From Octopus bimaculoides (Eukaryota), in assembly GCF_001194135.2 (NCBI RefSeq), contig NC_068994.1:28958773-29022772 (forward strand): a stretch of 64,000 nt of DNA. Direction: 5' to 3'. Under the pieces are notes generated by a model. It did no database searches, was not told the origin of the DNA, and worked only from the letters and a program-made list of their open reading frames with translations. Of this stretch, positions 38,712 through 50,097 are shown piece by piece. Both the position numbers and the translations under genes were made by a program. Every line of letters starts with the position of its first letter. Positions within the stretch are counted from its first letter, which is position 1.

Positions 38712-39779
38712 AAGAACGAGTGTCAAGTGTTGTTTAGCCCCAGGTTAGTTCTCATTTCACGATCGAAAGACATTTTAGCTATCGAAGACTAAGACTACAA
38801 TAGTTCAAATTGTCCATAATTTTTGAAGACAGTTCAGTGAGATCTAAGGGAGATTTGGTTACTGTTTCTGGCAAGTCGAGCGACAACGTAACAGCTTCCT
38901 TCGTTGGCTCATCCGAACTTGATCTGGCAAGTCTATAATCAAAAACAATCTAGTTATGACCTCTCCGTCTCTTTTTCACAATAAATCTATGGTTATAGAA
39001 TATTTTTTTAGGATGATGGTGACATGAAGGAGATTTAGTTGCTATTTCTAGCAAATCAAGCAACCACTTAGTGGCTCTGTCGAAAGTACTCCCTAATGGT
39101 GAAAATTATTTGTAGAGTGAGAAGGAATTAGGAGAGAATAGTTTTTAATGACATAACTGTGTAGATAGAGAGTAAGAGATAAATAAATATGAGGGCAAGT
39201 GAGAGGAAGAAAATCAATAGAAAGGAACAAGAGAGAAAGTGATTCGAAATTAAGTGGAGAGAGAGAAAGAGAGAGGTGTAAATGAATAGAGATTTGAGAA
39301 TTAAGATAGTGACGATAAAAAGAAAGAGATGAAGGTATTTGTGAGCTGGAGAGAATGAGAGAATCGATGAGCAGAACAAGAAAGTGAACAGATGGAAGTC
39401 TAACGAAAAAGGTTGTCCCAATTCGAGATAAAACATATCAGATCCTAACTCCATCTACTCCCCATCTGAAAGATTATTACCGTAACTTGTAACCTCTGTC
39501 TACATTCTTACTCAACCTGCTTCAAAAAAGTAGTCAAATAACACCCTTACATACTTAAAAGAAATCGAAGAATACATTGGATAATCAACCTGATGTTAGT
39601 CCCAGATAATATACAAAAAGCAGTTTGAATATTCCTGGCCTAGGTCTGCAAAAACAGTTTTGATCTGTTAAAAAAAGCAATTAGCTAGTATTTTGAAAAC
39701 ATGAAAACATGTACATGCCTATATTTCTACTTTTCTGACTTTGGTGATACTTTTTACTTATCTTTTACAATGACAACAG

Positions 39780-40340
39780 GAGTGAGAGAAAATGAGAGAG
39801 AGAGAGGAGAAGACTATTTCAATCACAACAGTTTAGCACATGTTCAATAGTATAGTCAGTTGCAGTATCCACACCTGCTGGCATCTTTGCGCCTCGCCTC
39901 TTCCACCTCTTTCACTCTTGTTTGTTGTTGTTGCCGTTCGAAACAAGACTTAAGGAGGGAAGGAAAGAGCATGTTTTGTCTGCATCCAGATATCTGTAGC
40001 CAAGCATGACGACGCTCACTGAACGACAACGGAACGGCGTTTGTCACGCTCGGCCTGCTGCTTACAGTTCAGTCTGTCGGGACACAACTTACTGGAGGAT
40101 GTGTGGAAGAAGTTAAAGCGTTAGAAATTTTTTGGAGAAAATGTAAATGTTAATTGCAAAACCAAAAATGTAAGTAAAACAATAAATAACGAAGAGAGTT
40201 CGCCGAAAACTCACATCTTTGACGCTCCGTGTGTGTACCGGGAGGAAGTTTGTCCTCCATATTGGTCACATGACAGGTGAAATGCCGATTAACTCCGCTC
40301 GACTCGGCTGGACCTCGACTCGAGGCAGACTCACTCCCTC
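39780..40340 (-). promoter_or_regulatory. Candidate 5' leader exons and promoter of a minus-strand gene, with a 123-nt intron (40214-40092)
   Basis: CpG-rich unique sequence. Donor GTGAGT at 40214, branch CTAAC at 40124-40120, pyrimidine tract, CAG acceptor at 40094-40092. Confidence 0.5.
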
Positions 40341-40988
40341 TCTCTTTCACTCTCTCCTTCACTCAAGCTTCGCTTTCTATCACGTAATCCTCTCTTTCAC
40401 CCTGAACTCAAGCTTCCTTTACTATTAATCCCCTCTTTCACGCAAGCTTTCCTTTCTATTAATTTTTTTCTTCAGCAACTCTTTTTTTTTCTCTTTTTTA
40501 TCCTTTTATTTTTGGTAGATTTTTGATTATTTATTTCATTCTCGTACATTTCTCTATATTTCACTTATTCCTTTTTACCCCTCATATTTTATCTCTTTTG
40601 ATAATTTTCCCCTCTTTTCAGATGAATTGTTTTGACACTTATTTCATCTATTCATCTCTATCTACAACTTCTGTTTCTTACCCAGCAGTCTCTTCTTTTC
40701 TCTCATTCTCCTTATCTTTAGCAGACAATTATATTTTCCGTTATTTAAAAAAAAATCTAATCCCTGATCACCTCTCGCACTGTGTCTCTCACTCTAGTTT
40801 TTTCTTTCTTTTTCATCTCACGCACTTTCCGAATGGTTTCTTGTTTCTCTTTAACATTCTATTTCATTTCTCTGCGAATCCTTCCCATTTTCTCCTTCTT
40901 TCCTCTCTCTCTTTCCTCAATATCTCTTAATTTCGACTACCTTCTTTTAGTCTTCTCATTTCTCTCTCTCTCCACACACATCTGTATG

Positions 40989-41023
<35 letters not shown>

Positions 41024-41960
41024 CCGTCATTCTCTCTTCTGACATATAACTTACCTTTTCTATTTCTTCCCCCTTTTGCTCTCTCCCTTCTCTTGCAATT
41101 TTACTCTTCCATTATTTTCACTTACATATGCTTCTTATCCTCTCCCGCCGCAATTTCCATGGCCCTTCCTCTCACTACAACTCTTTCTCCCTCTCTCTTT
41201 CTATGTGTGTGTGTGTCCGACCATCTTTCCTCTCTATCTCTCTCGTCAAGTTTCCTTTCTCTCTCTCCTCAACCATTATCCAGTATTATTTCTCCNNNNN
41301 NNNNNNNNNNNNNNNNNNNNNNNCTTTCTTTGTCTCTCATTCACTCACTTGCTCTCTCTCCTCCTTCCCCTTCTCATGTTTCACACGGTTACCTCCACTT
41401 AAGTGTTTAATTTTTGTTTTCCACTCTCTCTCACTCTTTGTCTCCCTCTTTTCACAAATTCCCCCCTCCTTCAATTCTTTCTCTTTCATTTTCCTATCAC
41501 TAATCCATCAACATCTGTTTATCTCTTTGATTTCGTACTAAACCATGTCATCCTTCCTCGGATAGACAAGAATTTTATTAGACTGTTTACCATAATTTGT
41601 TACACAATCGTCTAAGACTTGACATCTATTTTCTATTATTAACTTACACTTGTATTCCTCCGCCTTCTCCCTTCCCCTGACACACACTCATACACACTCT
41701 CTATCTTTCATTCTATCTCTGTTTCTCTCCTACTCTATTTCTCTCTCTCTTTACATTCATTTCTCTGTGTATCGCTTTCTATGCACATATTTACTCCCCT
41801 TCTCAACATGACTTCACTCATCACCCCTATTTATTTCTCTGTCTGTTCCACCCTCTCCTCTATCACGTGCCTTCATCTTTGATTCTCCATGTATTCCCCT
41901 CTTTTTTTTTATTCCTCTCATCCCTTTTTCCACTACATTACATAAATTCGTTCCACGCAC
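40340..41960. repeat. ~1.6-kb pyrimidine-rich (CT) low-complexity tract
   Basis: The plus strand is almost free of G over this stretch. Confidence 0.85.
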
Positions 41961-42418
41961 ACGTTTGCCAACACAGTAATCTTAATACATAGATTTATTG
42001 ACAGATCATATATATATATATCTATATATATATACATATACATATTTCACACAACAGTATATATATATATATACATATATATTTATATTTGTGTATATTT
42101 GTTTATATTGAATTATGTATGCATGTGTATGTGTGTGCATGCAAATCCATTTGTATTTACCTGCTTCTATGTGTATGAATGTGAATCTATCTATCTATCT
42201 ATCTATCTAGATAAATAGATAGATAGATAGATAGATAGATAGCCAGCTGGAGGAGATGTTTCCCTGGGGCTACAAGCTACAGTAGCATCAACCCTTAAGG
42301 GTTAGTCACATTTAGGTGGCAAATATACTTCACGATATATATATTCAGTAGCTCACTTTTTCGATTAGGGTCAAGTTCTACATTCAAAATTATGTAACAA
42401 AACAAAGTATCTGACTTA

Positions 42419-42452
<34 letters not shown>

Positions 42453-42673
42453 CCAATCTGACTATAAGAAATTTTTATATATACACTGCTGGTCACAATG
42501 CACTTCTAATTTTCCCTAGATTGTTTTTTCCGTACAAAAGGCAACCATGCCTCCTCCCGCAAGGCGCTTGAAATTGTATTTTATGTAATGAACACATGCT
42601 GGAATTTCAATATTTATGTGTAACAATATTTTAAAATATAAAAAAGATATATTTCAAACTGAAATCCCCATTG

Positions 42674-42707
<34 letters not shown>

Positions 42708-44401
42708 AAATGTGTCACCATATTCGCGATTACTTTTATTCCATGTTCAAGCGTATATGGTAACAAATAGCATTGATATTTCGAAAATTATTTTCCATGC
42801 CCAATTTTTGAAATGTAAATGCACACAAATGTGCAGGTTTTATCGCGTAAACCACAGGTGTCTATTTTTATCCTTTCCAGAGCGGAAAGGGTAAATAAAA
42901 AGTGAAACCAAAGCATCTGTACTCCAAACTTTGGTTACCATGTAAAGCATCCAATTCTAATTATTATTATATATCAATTCATAGCTAGGATGCTTAAAAG
43001 GAATACTAAAAGTATTTAACTGGTACTATACTTTAGCGACCCTAATCCGAAGTGTTATTAAACGGGCATTTGTTCTACGTTCTAACGATTCTGCTAATTC
43101 ACCGTCTTCTGTAAAATAACGGTTTCTTATTCATGCATGAATTCAGGAAAGAAAAATGCGAAGTTGTTACTTTAAAGCTTTCTCAAAAACATTAATAACG
43201 AAATCGATGAAAAGCAGTTCCAACTGAGAACTTACAAACGAGTTACAATTGTTCAATCGGTATTTAACTGCCACACTAAGGCAGACGGCGTAGAACCGCG
43301 TGTACGCTTCATATTATTTAACAGGACACACGCACATGCGCGCGCACACACATCTTATATAATAAAATGCCACAGATACAGTGTTAGACATTAAGCTGTT
43401 GCAAAACCAAGTCTGTAATTTAGGTTTGATTCTCTCTCGTTGCTATTTTGACTTAATCTGACAATGACGGAAATGTTAAAACGTCAAAAATCCCATTCTC
43501 CACTGTTCCAGGTTAATTGGAGTTGGATATGTCTAAATACGAAGTGTCAAGAAATTGAACCTATCGCATTAACGTGGGATTAACATAATTATACTTCAAA
43601 TTTGTGACAAAGGTGCAAATTTGATGTAATTTATAAAGTAAAATGGGAAATCCAAAATTGACAATAGCTTCTGTTGACAATAATTAGAGGGGGGGGGGAA
43701 GAAATTGTACAGACAACCGTACTAGCTGAGTAGTAAGAAGTTTATTTCCCACTCACAAGGTTCCAGGTTCAGTCCCACTCATGGCACCTTGGGCAAGTGT
43801 CTTCTACTATAGCCTTGGGCTGACCAAAGCCTTGTAAGTGAACTTGGTAAAGGGAAACTGAAAGAAGCCTATTGTGTGTGTGTGTGTATGTATGTATGTC
43901 TGTATATATAGGTATGGTGATACAAACAGGAAAAGTAGCACTCCAAATATGAGTATATGTATATTCTTATTAATATTTAGCAGAAGCAACTCAAGGGCCA
44001 AGAGTTTTTTTTTTTTGTGTTGCCAACACATGAAACTTTTGCCCCTTAACTCTGGTGCTTTTGCTAAATATCAATATCAATATTTATATATAAATATATA
44101 TGTGTGCGTGTGTGTGTGTGTAATTCACCCATGGCAGTGGGTGAATATATTAAAGATCAACTTTTAGTTACTTATGAGCACTTATAGGCTTCATCACTAA
44201 TCCAGTTCTCAACCAAATTGAATGAGTGTGTGTGTGTTTTAGCAGTGATACTCTGGTCCTAAGCTACATTTTGAGATCAGAAAATTGAAATCTGGTTCAT
44301 TAAAAAAGAAGTTAGGTTAAAATATGTGAGGTCAAAATGGGAGAGTAAGGCGAAAAATTGACTTTGAATCAAAATATATCTTATTCTAAAAGAAAAATTT
44401 A

Positions 44402-44807
44402 GGCGCAGGAGTGGCTGTGTGGTAAGTAGCTTGCTTACCAACCACATGGTTCCGGGTTCAGTCCTACTGCGTGGCACCTTGGGCAGGTGTCTTCTACTAT
44501 AGCCTCAGGCCGACCAAAGCCTTGTGAGTGGATTTGGTAGACGGAAACTGAAAGAAGCCCGTCGTATATATGTATGTATATATATATGTATGTATGTGTG
44601 TCTGTGTTTGTCCCCCCACCATCGCTTGACAACCGATGCTGGTGTGTTTATGTCCCTGTAACTTAGCAGTTCGGTAAAAAGAGACCGATAGAATAAGTAC
44701 TAGGCTTACAAAAGAATAAGTCCTGGGGTTGATTTGCTCGACTAAAGGTGGTGCTCCAGCATGGCTGCAGTCAAATGACTGAAACAAGTAAAGAGAGTAA
44801 AAGAGTA
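44402..44807 (+). mobile_element. tRNA-derived SINE family A, best-preserved copy; partial copies at 2100-2315, 14572-14650, 16410-16600, 20085-20200, 21640-21960, 22340-22655, 36855-36950, 43725-43880 and 48925-49170
   Basis: A box TGGCTGTGTGG, B-box-like GGTTCAGTCC, internal (TA/TG)n, tail (aaagagta)n. tRNA-derived SINEs are known to be abundant in octopus. Confidence 0.9.
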
Positions 44808-45169
44808 ATTAATTGGGTTTAAAAGAGTGTGCCCATTGAGAAGAATCTTTTGGTGAAAACCTCATTAAAAAGTATGTGCTAGGAAAAAAGTTATGTGACT
44901 TTAAGTGACAAAAAAATAGTAACCCCCAAAATTGACATTGAATCAAAGTATCTCAGCGATGTTAAAGAAAATTATACAATAGTTGTATTCAAATGAAAGA
45001 GCTCTATGAAATGAACCTTATGGTGAAAACCTTGTCAAAAAAATATTAGCTATAAAAAGAGTGGTGTGGCTTTAAGTGACTAGGAAAAAAGGTAATCATT
45101 TTAACAAGTTAAAATATTTTTGTCATTTTAAGATATTTAGCATTATAAAAGATGGTATCTGATGTCAAG

Positions 45170-45259
45170 GGCCACTTAGCTTAATGGTAGAGAGCACTTA
45201 ACCCAAGTTTGAGCAGTATGGGTTTGACTCTCTGTAGTGGCTTCCCGGCCACTTTTTTT
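45170..45259 (+). pseudogene. tRNA-like sequence (pseudogene or very short SINE) with oligo-T terminator
   Basis: 7-bp acceptor stem GGCCACT/AGTGGCT, A box TAGCTTAATGG, B-box-like GGTTTGACTC, T-run at ~45253. Anticodon and T arms are degenerate. Confidence 0.55.
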
Positions 45260-45940
45260 CTGTTTTTTTTTTTAAGGATATTTGACTAATCTTCTAAGCT
45301 GTTTTCACAGCTATTCTGTGTTCAGGGCTTACTTCAAGCAAAATAGCTCTATGCAAGGAATCTCATGGTGAAAATTTTGTCAAAACATATTAGCTACAAA
45401 AAATGTTGCATGGTTTCAAGTGACAAAAAAAAAAAAAAAGGTTAATTATTTCAAAAAATCAAAATATTTGTGAAAAATAATATAATTTGAGCTGAAATGA
45501 AAAGCGTTTATTGAGATGAATATTTTGGAGAAAACTTCATCTAAGAATATTAAGCATAAAAATATTTCTTATTTATAGCAATTTCATATTAATTTTTATT
45601 ATTCAGTTTATGTATTAAAATATGTACATATTAAAACATTAAATTAAATGTTTTATTTATTAAAGAAATTAATCTTATATTATAAAAGCGAAGCTGATCT
45701 CTGTCTGTCACAACATCTATTAGAGGGAGGGGAGAAGGGGAGGAAAAAGTTGTTGAGTGAGAATTACAATAAGTGAGTGAGAAAGGGTGTGTGTGTGATA
45801 GATAGATAGATAGATAGATAGACAGACAGATAGATAGACAGACATTTAGGTATTGTTATCACCATAATAACTAACAAGTTTTGATTAGAAATTCAGTCAT
45901 TTTCAGTGCAAGTCTGTCAATACAATGCAACACAGACTTA

Positions 45941-47017
45941 GGATCTTTCTGATTTGGCGGACACCATTTTTTATTTAGTTTTTATTTACCGAAACACATT
46001 AAAACTTTGTATACTTGTATATTTTGTCTTATAGAACAGAGAAAAAACTTTACAATCAAAGTTATTTCATGTTAAAAATTGTCGTATTTCGATAATTTCA
46101 ACCAATCACTGACGTCTATTCAGTTGAATACAGTTACTGCTGTTCTTTGTCAACAATAATTTGTGGCGGTGTATATATCGTTAGTCCCTGGTAATCCTTT
46201 TGAATTAAGCACCAGTTATGCACTGGGATTAATATAATTGACTTACTCTTTCCCTCAAAAACCAGGCCTTGTGCCTATAATAGAAAGGTTTATTAGCTAC
46301 TGCCAATATGTTTGAATTACACTATTCTACTTGTTTCAGTTGATTGGATAATAGCTAATAAGGGAATCAAACCAACAAAATAGTTGAAAGAAAGGGCTTC
46401 CAAACAGTTGCTTCATTTCCGAGAAATAGCAGCCAAATCTTCCTCAAATCAAACTCTACCATCATTTAGAAAATGTGCTACTGAGTACATAGTACATAGA
46501 AAATTACCGAAAAATTGTTGAACAGATTTTCACCAAATTTGGCAAAAATACTCATTGGGTGAATGGTTTGAAACGAGATTATCTAAAATCCTAACCCTAA
46601 CTCTAAAACCCTATCCCTAACCCTAACCCTAACTCTAAAACCCGAATCCTTACACTAAAACTCTAAAGCTAAAACCACTACAAACGCACGAACTATGTCA
46701 TAAATAACAGTACCGCCGATAGTTGTTGTTGACAAACAACAGCAGTAATTTTATTCAAGAGAAAATATCCCATTACACCGCCAAAACGTGTTGTTGACAA
46801 ACCACAGCAGTAATTGTTTTCACCTCAATAGACGTCAGTGATTGGTTGAAATTTACCGAAATACGACAACTTTTAACATGAAATAACTTGGAATATAGAA
46901 ACTTTTCTTAACAAGGCTAAGAGAAAAAGATGTTTTATATGACACATTCTACCAGTATCCCAAGTTTGAAAGTGTTTCGTTAGAAAACAAATGGTGTCCA
47001 CCAAATCAGAAAGATCC
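45941..47017. mobile_element. GGATC-ended TIR element with telomeric repeats (copy A, interrupted)
   Basis: 29-bp TIRs GGATCTTTCTGATTTGGCGGACACCATTT / AAATGGTGTCCACCAAATCAGAAAGATCC with 1 mismatch. Degenerate (CCCTAA)n at ~46590-46680. No matching TSD. Confidence 0.8.
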
Positions 47018-48459
47018 TGATTTCGGAATTTTCTGGGGCAACAGAACCTCAGATAAAAGCTAATACTTCTTTCGGATGTAACATGGATAAAGAATTAACG
47101 CTTAACGGTATCTGAAACCTAAAAAGCTGTCCGAACTACATCAAGATTATCAGATCATAGTTCATATTCCACTCCGATTATTGCAATTTTGGTTAATTAC
47201 ATTAAAGTTAAAATAAGATGAATTTTTCTTACGTCGCAAAATAAATAACTGTTGATTGTTGCTGATGAAAATTCTCGTTTCCCATTTGCTTACCCTTACA
47301 ACAGCATTCCTATTTTTACCATATTTTTCTCTCTCTTCGGTTTATCTTGATACGACAAAGTAACTATAAATGTGTCGGGTGTGTTTCAAAAGGCTGGCAT
47401 GACGTTTTCATCTATAAGTTTTATTGTCACAAAGAGTTTACATTAAAGATGTTCACTTTTAAAATATATTTTGCCTAATGTTTATGTCATCAACCATTCA
47501 CCCGTCATGAGAGGAAGGGAGGGGGAAGAGGGATACGAGAGAGGAGGAGAAGTGACATGAGTGTGTATGTATAAATATGTCAGTCAATGTTGTCTGGCTG
47601 CCTACCTAGCAGCTTGTCTTGATATTGTCTGCTTGCCAGTCAGCCTTGTTGTGTGACTCGCCCTTCTGTCAGATTAAGTAGTCCTAAAGCATCGCTTTAT
47701 AAAAGTGCTCTTGGCTTCTTCATACAACAAAGGTCGCAGGAAAAGAGGAAGGGCGGCGGTGTTGAATGCATCCAGTCACACCCATGTCTCTACTGGCTTC
47801 CTGACCACATGGACCTGTGGGCAGTCAGAAGCTGGCGTTAAGTGGATATCTGGGGTTTTTTGTTCGTTTTTCTTTTCTTTTAATGTTTCCGGTGACCCAG
47901 ATCATAGATGCTAAAATACGGTACGATAAAACGGATGAGGGATGAAGCTGAGTGTAAAATGTAGTGTCCTCAGGATATAAAACTCGGCAGTGTCGATTTT
48001 TCGTGCGCATGTCGTGTACGTGTCTACACATATGCTTTTTTTTTTCATGTATATAACGTATTGTAGTATAAATAAGCTTATAAAAATGACGTACACTCTC
48101 AAGATAATTAACTCAAAACTAACTTTTTATATGGTTTAATAAAAAATGAAAGTTATTTTGGGGGTTACCTTTATACTGAGTCCTTGAAGTTCGTCATCTT
48201 ATACCACTGATACCACTTTATCTTTTCTCAGACAAAAGGAGAGAGAGCCCGGACCGTTAAATTCTTCATTCATAGCAATACTTAAATCTTTCAAACTCTC
48301 TTAATTGTTACCATAATACTGGTTTCCAGCGATTTGGTGATACTTATTTAATTGACTGGTACTTATGAAAGATAATGTCGACCTCGTCGGAATTTGAAGG
48401 CAAAACGTTAAATCAGAAGAAATATCGCTAACCATTTTTTTTCCGGCGTGGTAACGATT

Positions 48460-48685
48460 CTTGTTTCGTTATTGCCCACAAGGGGCTAAACATAGAGGGG
48501 ACACATAAGGATAGACAAAGGAATTGATTACATCGACCTCAGTGCGTAATTGCTACTTAATTTTTCGACCCCGAAAGGATGAAAGGCAAAGTCGACCTCG
48601 GCAGAATTTGAACTCAGAACGTAACGGCAGAGGAAATACCGCTAAGCATTTCGCCCGGTGCGCTAACGATTCTGCCAGCTCGCCT
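48460..48685 (-). mobile_element. SINE family B, full length, young (partial tandem copy at 48340-48460)
   Basis: Minus head aggcgagctggcagaatcgttagcgcaccgggcgaaatgcttagcgg; CpGs are preserved. Confidence 0.85.
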
Positions 48686-49853
48686 TTATTGTTGCCATAA
48701 TATTAGTATAATCTTACGATCAAACGAAAGAAAAAAATAAGCGCAGTCAACAGGTAAAGTGCACAGGACAAGACACAAGTATAAAAAATACCTGTTCCCT
48801 CGTCAGCTGTTGACAGATGACGGTAATATTTCAGATAATGTACCGAAGTAACCTTGATCTTCAATCAAAAGCTGATGAGGGAAGAATGATCTCTATGCTT
48901 ATGCCTTGTCCTATTGTCTTTTATCTTTTGTCTTTTATTTGTTTCAGTCATTAGACAGCGGCCATGCTGGGGCACTCACTGCTTTGCAGAATTTTAGTCC
49001 AATGAATTGGCTCTAGTACTTATTTTTTTAAAGCCTGATACTTATTCTATCGGTTCCTTTTGCCGAACCGCAAAATCACAGGGTCGTAAATACACCAACA
49101 CTGGTTGTCAAGCGGTGGTGGGTGACAAACACACACTTACGCACACACACACTTACGCACACACACGCACACACACACACACAAGAATGAAAATTACGGG
49201 CACAGGATCCTAAAATATTCTTCAGTATTGAACCTGGAGAAGTACAGAACAAGCAGTAATTTATCTTGGAAAAGAACAGAACATGAACGAAAAAAAATTA
49301 AAATATTGCTGCTGAAGTTAGAATTTAAAAACGAAAATGGTAATAAATGTTCTTTTATATTTTTTAAATTTTTACTTCAAAGTTTAAATTTAAATAGTCA
49401 AGAAGCTATTCATTTTCAATTCTACTGAAAAGATTAATTACCTGCAAGTTTACACTATTTGATGAATAATTTCAGAAATTTATTTAGCAAATTCTAACTC
49501 TTCAGCAACAATTCTTGAATTTTTTTTTCTGCTCTTCTTGTCTTGTATTTTCCGAGGGTTGTTCTATACTTTTACACGTTCAGTACTTCAGAATACGTTA
49601 GGATTCTGTACCCACATTTTTCATTCTAGTCCACTTTTTTTTTACCAGACTACACTTCTATTATTATGATTAATTATATTTACCTGTAAAGCAGTTGTTT
49701 ACTGTCAACTTAATGTGACAGACCCATTAAAGGAATCATACTGCTGCTCTTTAGCCCTAGGAAGCTGGACCGCTTCCTGTTGGCCTTGACACATTTCCTG
49801 TGTCCTTATATTTGTGAAGGGGAGACAAGCCTCCCCACCCAGCCTAGTCTGCA

Positions 49854-49896
49854 TTCAGGGACATGTTTCTGAGTCATTGCTCGTCATCAGCCTGAA
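49854..49896 (-). ncRNA. Type I hammerhead ribozyme motif inside a 138-bp unit bounded by 14-bp perfect inverted repeats
   Basis: Minus strand: TTCAGG-CTGATGA-cgagcaatgactca-GAAA-CATGT-C^-CCTGAA. Perfect 6-bp stem I, palindromic ACATGT, GUC triplet. Flanking IR tatatttgtgaagg (49807-49820) / ccttcacaaatata (49931-49944). Confidence 0.72.
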
Positions 49897-50097
49897 GTAG
49901 CCGACCAGCTGGTTGAAAAAGCATGTCTAGCCTTCACAAATATATATATTTTCAGTGAAAACACATTCACTGGTTACAAATAATTGAAAAAGTGACCTTA
50001 TTACAAATATTTTTAAAATACAGATTTTGTTCAAACTTAGGAATTTTGGTGGCACCTAAAATTAACAAAGGAGGAATAACAGCATATTTGTTTTATA

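Larger units (their letters stand above)
44330..45560. repeat. Degenerate ~170-bp tandem module array, interrupted by a SINE and a tRNA-like insert
   Basis: The motif (t/g)gg(t/a)gaaaa...tattagct...aagtgac recurs near 44849, 45020, 45368 and (partially) 45527. aaaattgac(t/a)ttgaatcaaa occurs at ~44375 and ~44930. Confidence 0.6.

Noticed and set aside
40060-40260. LSCVP appears both in the spliced uORF and in the ZNF C-terminus
   Set aside because: Five residues with different codons; treated as coincidence.
42674-42705. 32-nt poly(A) as a processed-pseudogene tail
   Set aside because: No upstream coding similarity or TSD was recognisable.
48794-48883. 14-bp inverted repeat enclosing a CAGATGA-cggta/taccg-AAG hammerhead-like relic
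   Set aside because: Two catalytic-core mismatches and no stem I or III; at best a dead relic.
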